Below are positions 54,848 through 56,821 of a DNA stretch of 56,821 nt, one piece after another. The translations under genes were made by a program, and so were the position numbers. Under the pieces are notes generated by a model. That model searched no databases and had not been told where the DNA came from. It saw only the letters and a program-made list of their open reading frames with translations. The stretch covers positions 1-56,821 of the forward strand of contig JAJYHN010000203.1 of assembly GCA_021784765.1 (NCBI GenBank), written 5' to 3'. This stretch comes from Actinomycetes bacterium. Its GTDB lineage: Bacteria > Actinomycetota > UBA4738. How positions within the stretch are numbered: position 1 is the stretch's first letter; every line of letters starts with the position of its first letter.

Positions 54848-55118
54848 CGGCGCCCGTTCGTGACGGCCCCGGCGCTGCAGCCGGGCCGGGTTCCACCACC
54901 ACACAGGTCATGGTGCGCTCGACCCCGGCCTGCCCCTGGATGTCCCGGAGGACCGATGCGGCGAGGTGATCGAGGTCCGAGGCCTCCACCTGCGCGATGA
55001 CGTCGTAGGGGCCGACCGTCTGTTCGGCCGAGCGCGCTCCCTTGCGCTTGGCAAGCGAGGTGGCGACTTCCGGGGCCCTGCCGACCCCGGTCAGGATGAG
55101 GACGTAGGCGCGAACCAC
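54813..55118 (-). CDS. Stand-alone Lrp/AsnC ligand-binding (RAM) domain protein
   Basis: VVRAYVLILTGVG...VGPYDVIAQVEASDLDHL...IQGQAGVERTMTCVVV. GTG at 55118 is preceded by GGAGGTGGG. No HTH domain. Confidence 0.6.
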   Translation of the reverse strand: MVRAYVLILTGVGRAPEVATSLAKRKGARSAEQTVGPYDVIAQVEASDLDHLAASVLRDIQGQAGVERTMTCVVVEPGPAAAPGPSRTGAVSRSTRVRTAP

Positions 55119-55307
55119 ACTCCCACCTCCGTGCTCGTAGGCTCCACTCGCCACGATGGGCCCATGCGAGCGGGAGGGAAGGTCCGAACGGCCCGGGACC
55201 GCCGGGCATTCGAGCCCAGCGGGGAGATGGTGGCTGCAGTCGGTGTCTCACTTCAGCCCGACAGACAGGGTTGCGACGGGGGAGGCGCATCGAGCCGATC
55301 TCCTGAC

Positions 55308-55325
55308 GAGGGTGGAACCACCCTC
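55308..55325 (-). terminator. Hairpin GAGGGTGG-AA-CCACCCTC
   Basis: Perfect 8-bp stem 15 nt downstream of the BNR-repeat gene stop (minus strand). Confidence 0.4.
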
Positions 55326-55339
55326 ATACAAGGCTCGGC

Positions 55340-56454
55340 CTACTCGGAAGGCGGCTGGTCAGGGCTCCAGGTCTGCCCGCCGTCGGTGGTCTTCAGCACC
55401 CGGGACGCCGAGCCGCAGCCGGTCTTGAAGCCGGTGCACCGGTGGGTCTCGACCAGGGCCCACCCGACCTTGGGCGAGACGAACGCGATGCGAGGGAACC
55501 CCGCGAGGGCCGGGTTGGCGGCCACCGTTGACCAGGTGGCACCACCGTCGGCGGTGAGGTAGACCGTGCCCGTGGGGGCGACCACGAGCCAGTCCACGGG
55601 GGTGGCGAACGCGACCCCCGGCATGCCGGTGTTCTGGAAGCTCGGGTCGTGCAGCGTGCCGGCGACCGCCCAGGTCGCACCACCGTCGGCGGTCGTGTAG
55701 AAGGCGATGTCCTCCAGGGGGGTCCCGTAGGCGGCGAGCCCGGCGGCCATCACGCCGACCTTGGGGCCGAAGAAGGTGGGAAGGGACACCGGAAGGACCA
55801 GGTCCCCACTGTCCGCCGCAGGGACCGGGAGGGTGGAGGGCTGCCAGCTCGCTCCCCCGTCGTGGGTCAGGGCGAGGCGCTCGGGGTAGACGCCCTCGAG
55901 CGCCCAGCCGGTCTGCGGGCCCACGAACTCGATCGGGCCGGCGAAGGGCCCCGAGCCAAGGCTCGTCCAGCTCGCCCCACCGTCGGTGGTCCCGTACAGG
56001 TCCGCCTGCGTCCCGGCCGCTCCGCCCGCCGGGGTCTGGACCGTCATCCAGCCGTGGCGCGGGTCCACGAAGCTGAGGTGCACGCCCCCGAACCCGTTCG
56101 GGTACTGGGTGGGGAGCACGCTCGTCTGCCAGGTCACCCCGCCGTCGGCCGTCCAGGCGATCTCGATCTTGCTGCAGCCGGTTCCCTGGGCCTCGGCCAC
56201 CCAAGCGTGGGCGGGGTCCAGACCCACACCTCACCGGGGGCTGCCGCGCCGAGGGAGGTGATCGTCGCCGTGGGTCCCGGAGGCGCGGAGGGACTCGGCG
56301 TCGCAGAGGCGCTCGGTCCGGCAGCCGGGCCGGCGCTCGGGCTGCGCGACGCGGCGGCCGACCAGAGCCCCGCGACGAGCCCGGCGACCAGGACGAGGCC
56401 CGTGATCCCCGCCCCGACCCGCCGCCTGCGCTCCCTCCTTCGAACGATGTCCAT
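55340..56454 (-). pseudogene. Membrane-anchored BNR/Asp-box repeat protein split by a frameshift near 56225-56240
   Basis: The frame starting at ATG 56454 gives an Arg-rich N-terminus, a TMS (ITGLVLVAGLVAGLW) and a Pro/Ser linker, then degenerates. The adjacent frame opens right after a TGA and carries six Asp-box repeats (TADGGVTW, TTDGGASW ...). Confidence 0.65.
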
Positions 56455-56639
56455 CGTCCGCTGGTACGCATCGGGCGGATGCTGACCCCTCGCCTGACCT
56501 CCTCCCCGAGTCGCTCTCGATCACCCATGATGATCCTCCCCCTGCCGCGGGCCGCGAAGGGCAGCCGTCCCCGGAACGTTGGACATCGCCACGCCACGCC
56601 GCACCGCCGGCGCGTGAGCCGGCGCCGCGTGGAGGGGGC

Positions 56640-56821
56640 TAGAGCTCGACGAGCTGGCCGCTCGCGAAGAAGTAGGCCCAGCCGTCCATCTCGGGTGACT
56701 CGCCACCGAGCTGGGTCAGGATCGTGGCCACCTGCGAGCGGTGCTCGGTGCTGTGGTTGACGGCCTGGAGCAGGAACAGCGACGCGGGCATCCGCAGCCG
56801 CCTGCCCTCCTCATTGCTCCA
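56640..56821 (-). CDS. DinB-family protein (C-terminal part; 5' end outside window)
   Basis: My reverse translation gives ...LFLLQAVNHSTEHRSQVATILTQLGGESPEMDGWAYFFASGQLVEL with a stop at 56640. NH-x2-(E/H)HR-x-Q is DinB-like. Confidence 0.7.

Noticed and set aside
55204-55217. GGGCATTCGAGCCC resembling a tRNA T-arm
   Set aside because: The stem is only 4 bp with a 6-nt loop. No acceptor, D or anticodon arms can be built around it on either strand.
1-56821. Prophage, integrative element, toxin-antitoxin or dedicated defence system
   Set aside because: No integrase, transposase, recombinase, terminal inverted or direct repeats, tRNA attachment site, nuclease/helicase/methylase defence-type genes or marked compositional island were seen. 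Gene content is consistent with native chromosome.

Overview
Very high-GC chromosomal segment (about 70% by eye, not computed) with actinobacterial hallmarks: a SigH/RshA pair, BldC-like and WhiB regulators, a PAC2 protein and a tal-pgi fusion. I support about 60 tightly packed protein-coding genes. I saw no rRNA, tRNA, CRISPR array, transposase or integrase. The first ~37 kb mixes housekeeping and repair genes (nth, family-5 UDG, AlkA-like, ychF, tal-pgi/pgl, gabT-like, CitE-like) with signalling proteins and five regulator-linked efflux systems: TetR-MFS, MarR-MFS, an MsbA-like ABC next to GNAT/MarR, a DrrAB-like ABC, and an ABC with a GbsR-like regulator. The remaining part carries an ECF sigma factor with a membrane-anchored double beta-propeller partner, an S53 peptidase and the standout feature. 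That feature is a seven-gene, stop/start-overlapping operon hdrC-hdrB-hdrA-mvhD-mvhG-mvhA-endopeptidase (46.3-54.8 kb). Its 1135-aa HdrA has a complete NfnB/GltD-type NAD(P)H/FAD module nested inside its inserted ferredoxin domain. This predicts an H2-, NAD(P)H- and disulfide-linked flavin-based electron-bifurcating complex in a non-methanogen, with an unknown disulfide substrate. Three genes (flavodoxin-like, tyrosine phosphatase, BNR-repeat protein) are each split by one frameshift in or next to G/C-rich sequence, so they are either assembly indels or pseudogenes. The ORF track renders GTG/TTG starts as M, so many start coordinates are approximate. The long Arg/Pro/Gly-rich ORFs antisense to or out of frame with supported genes are high-GC artefacts.
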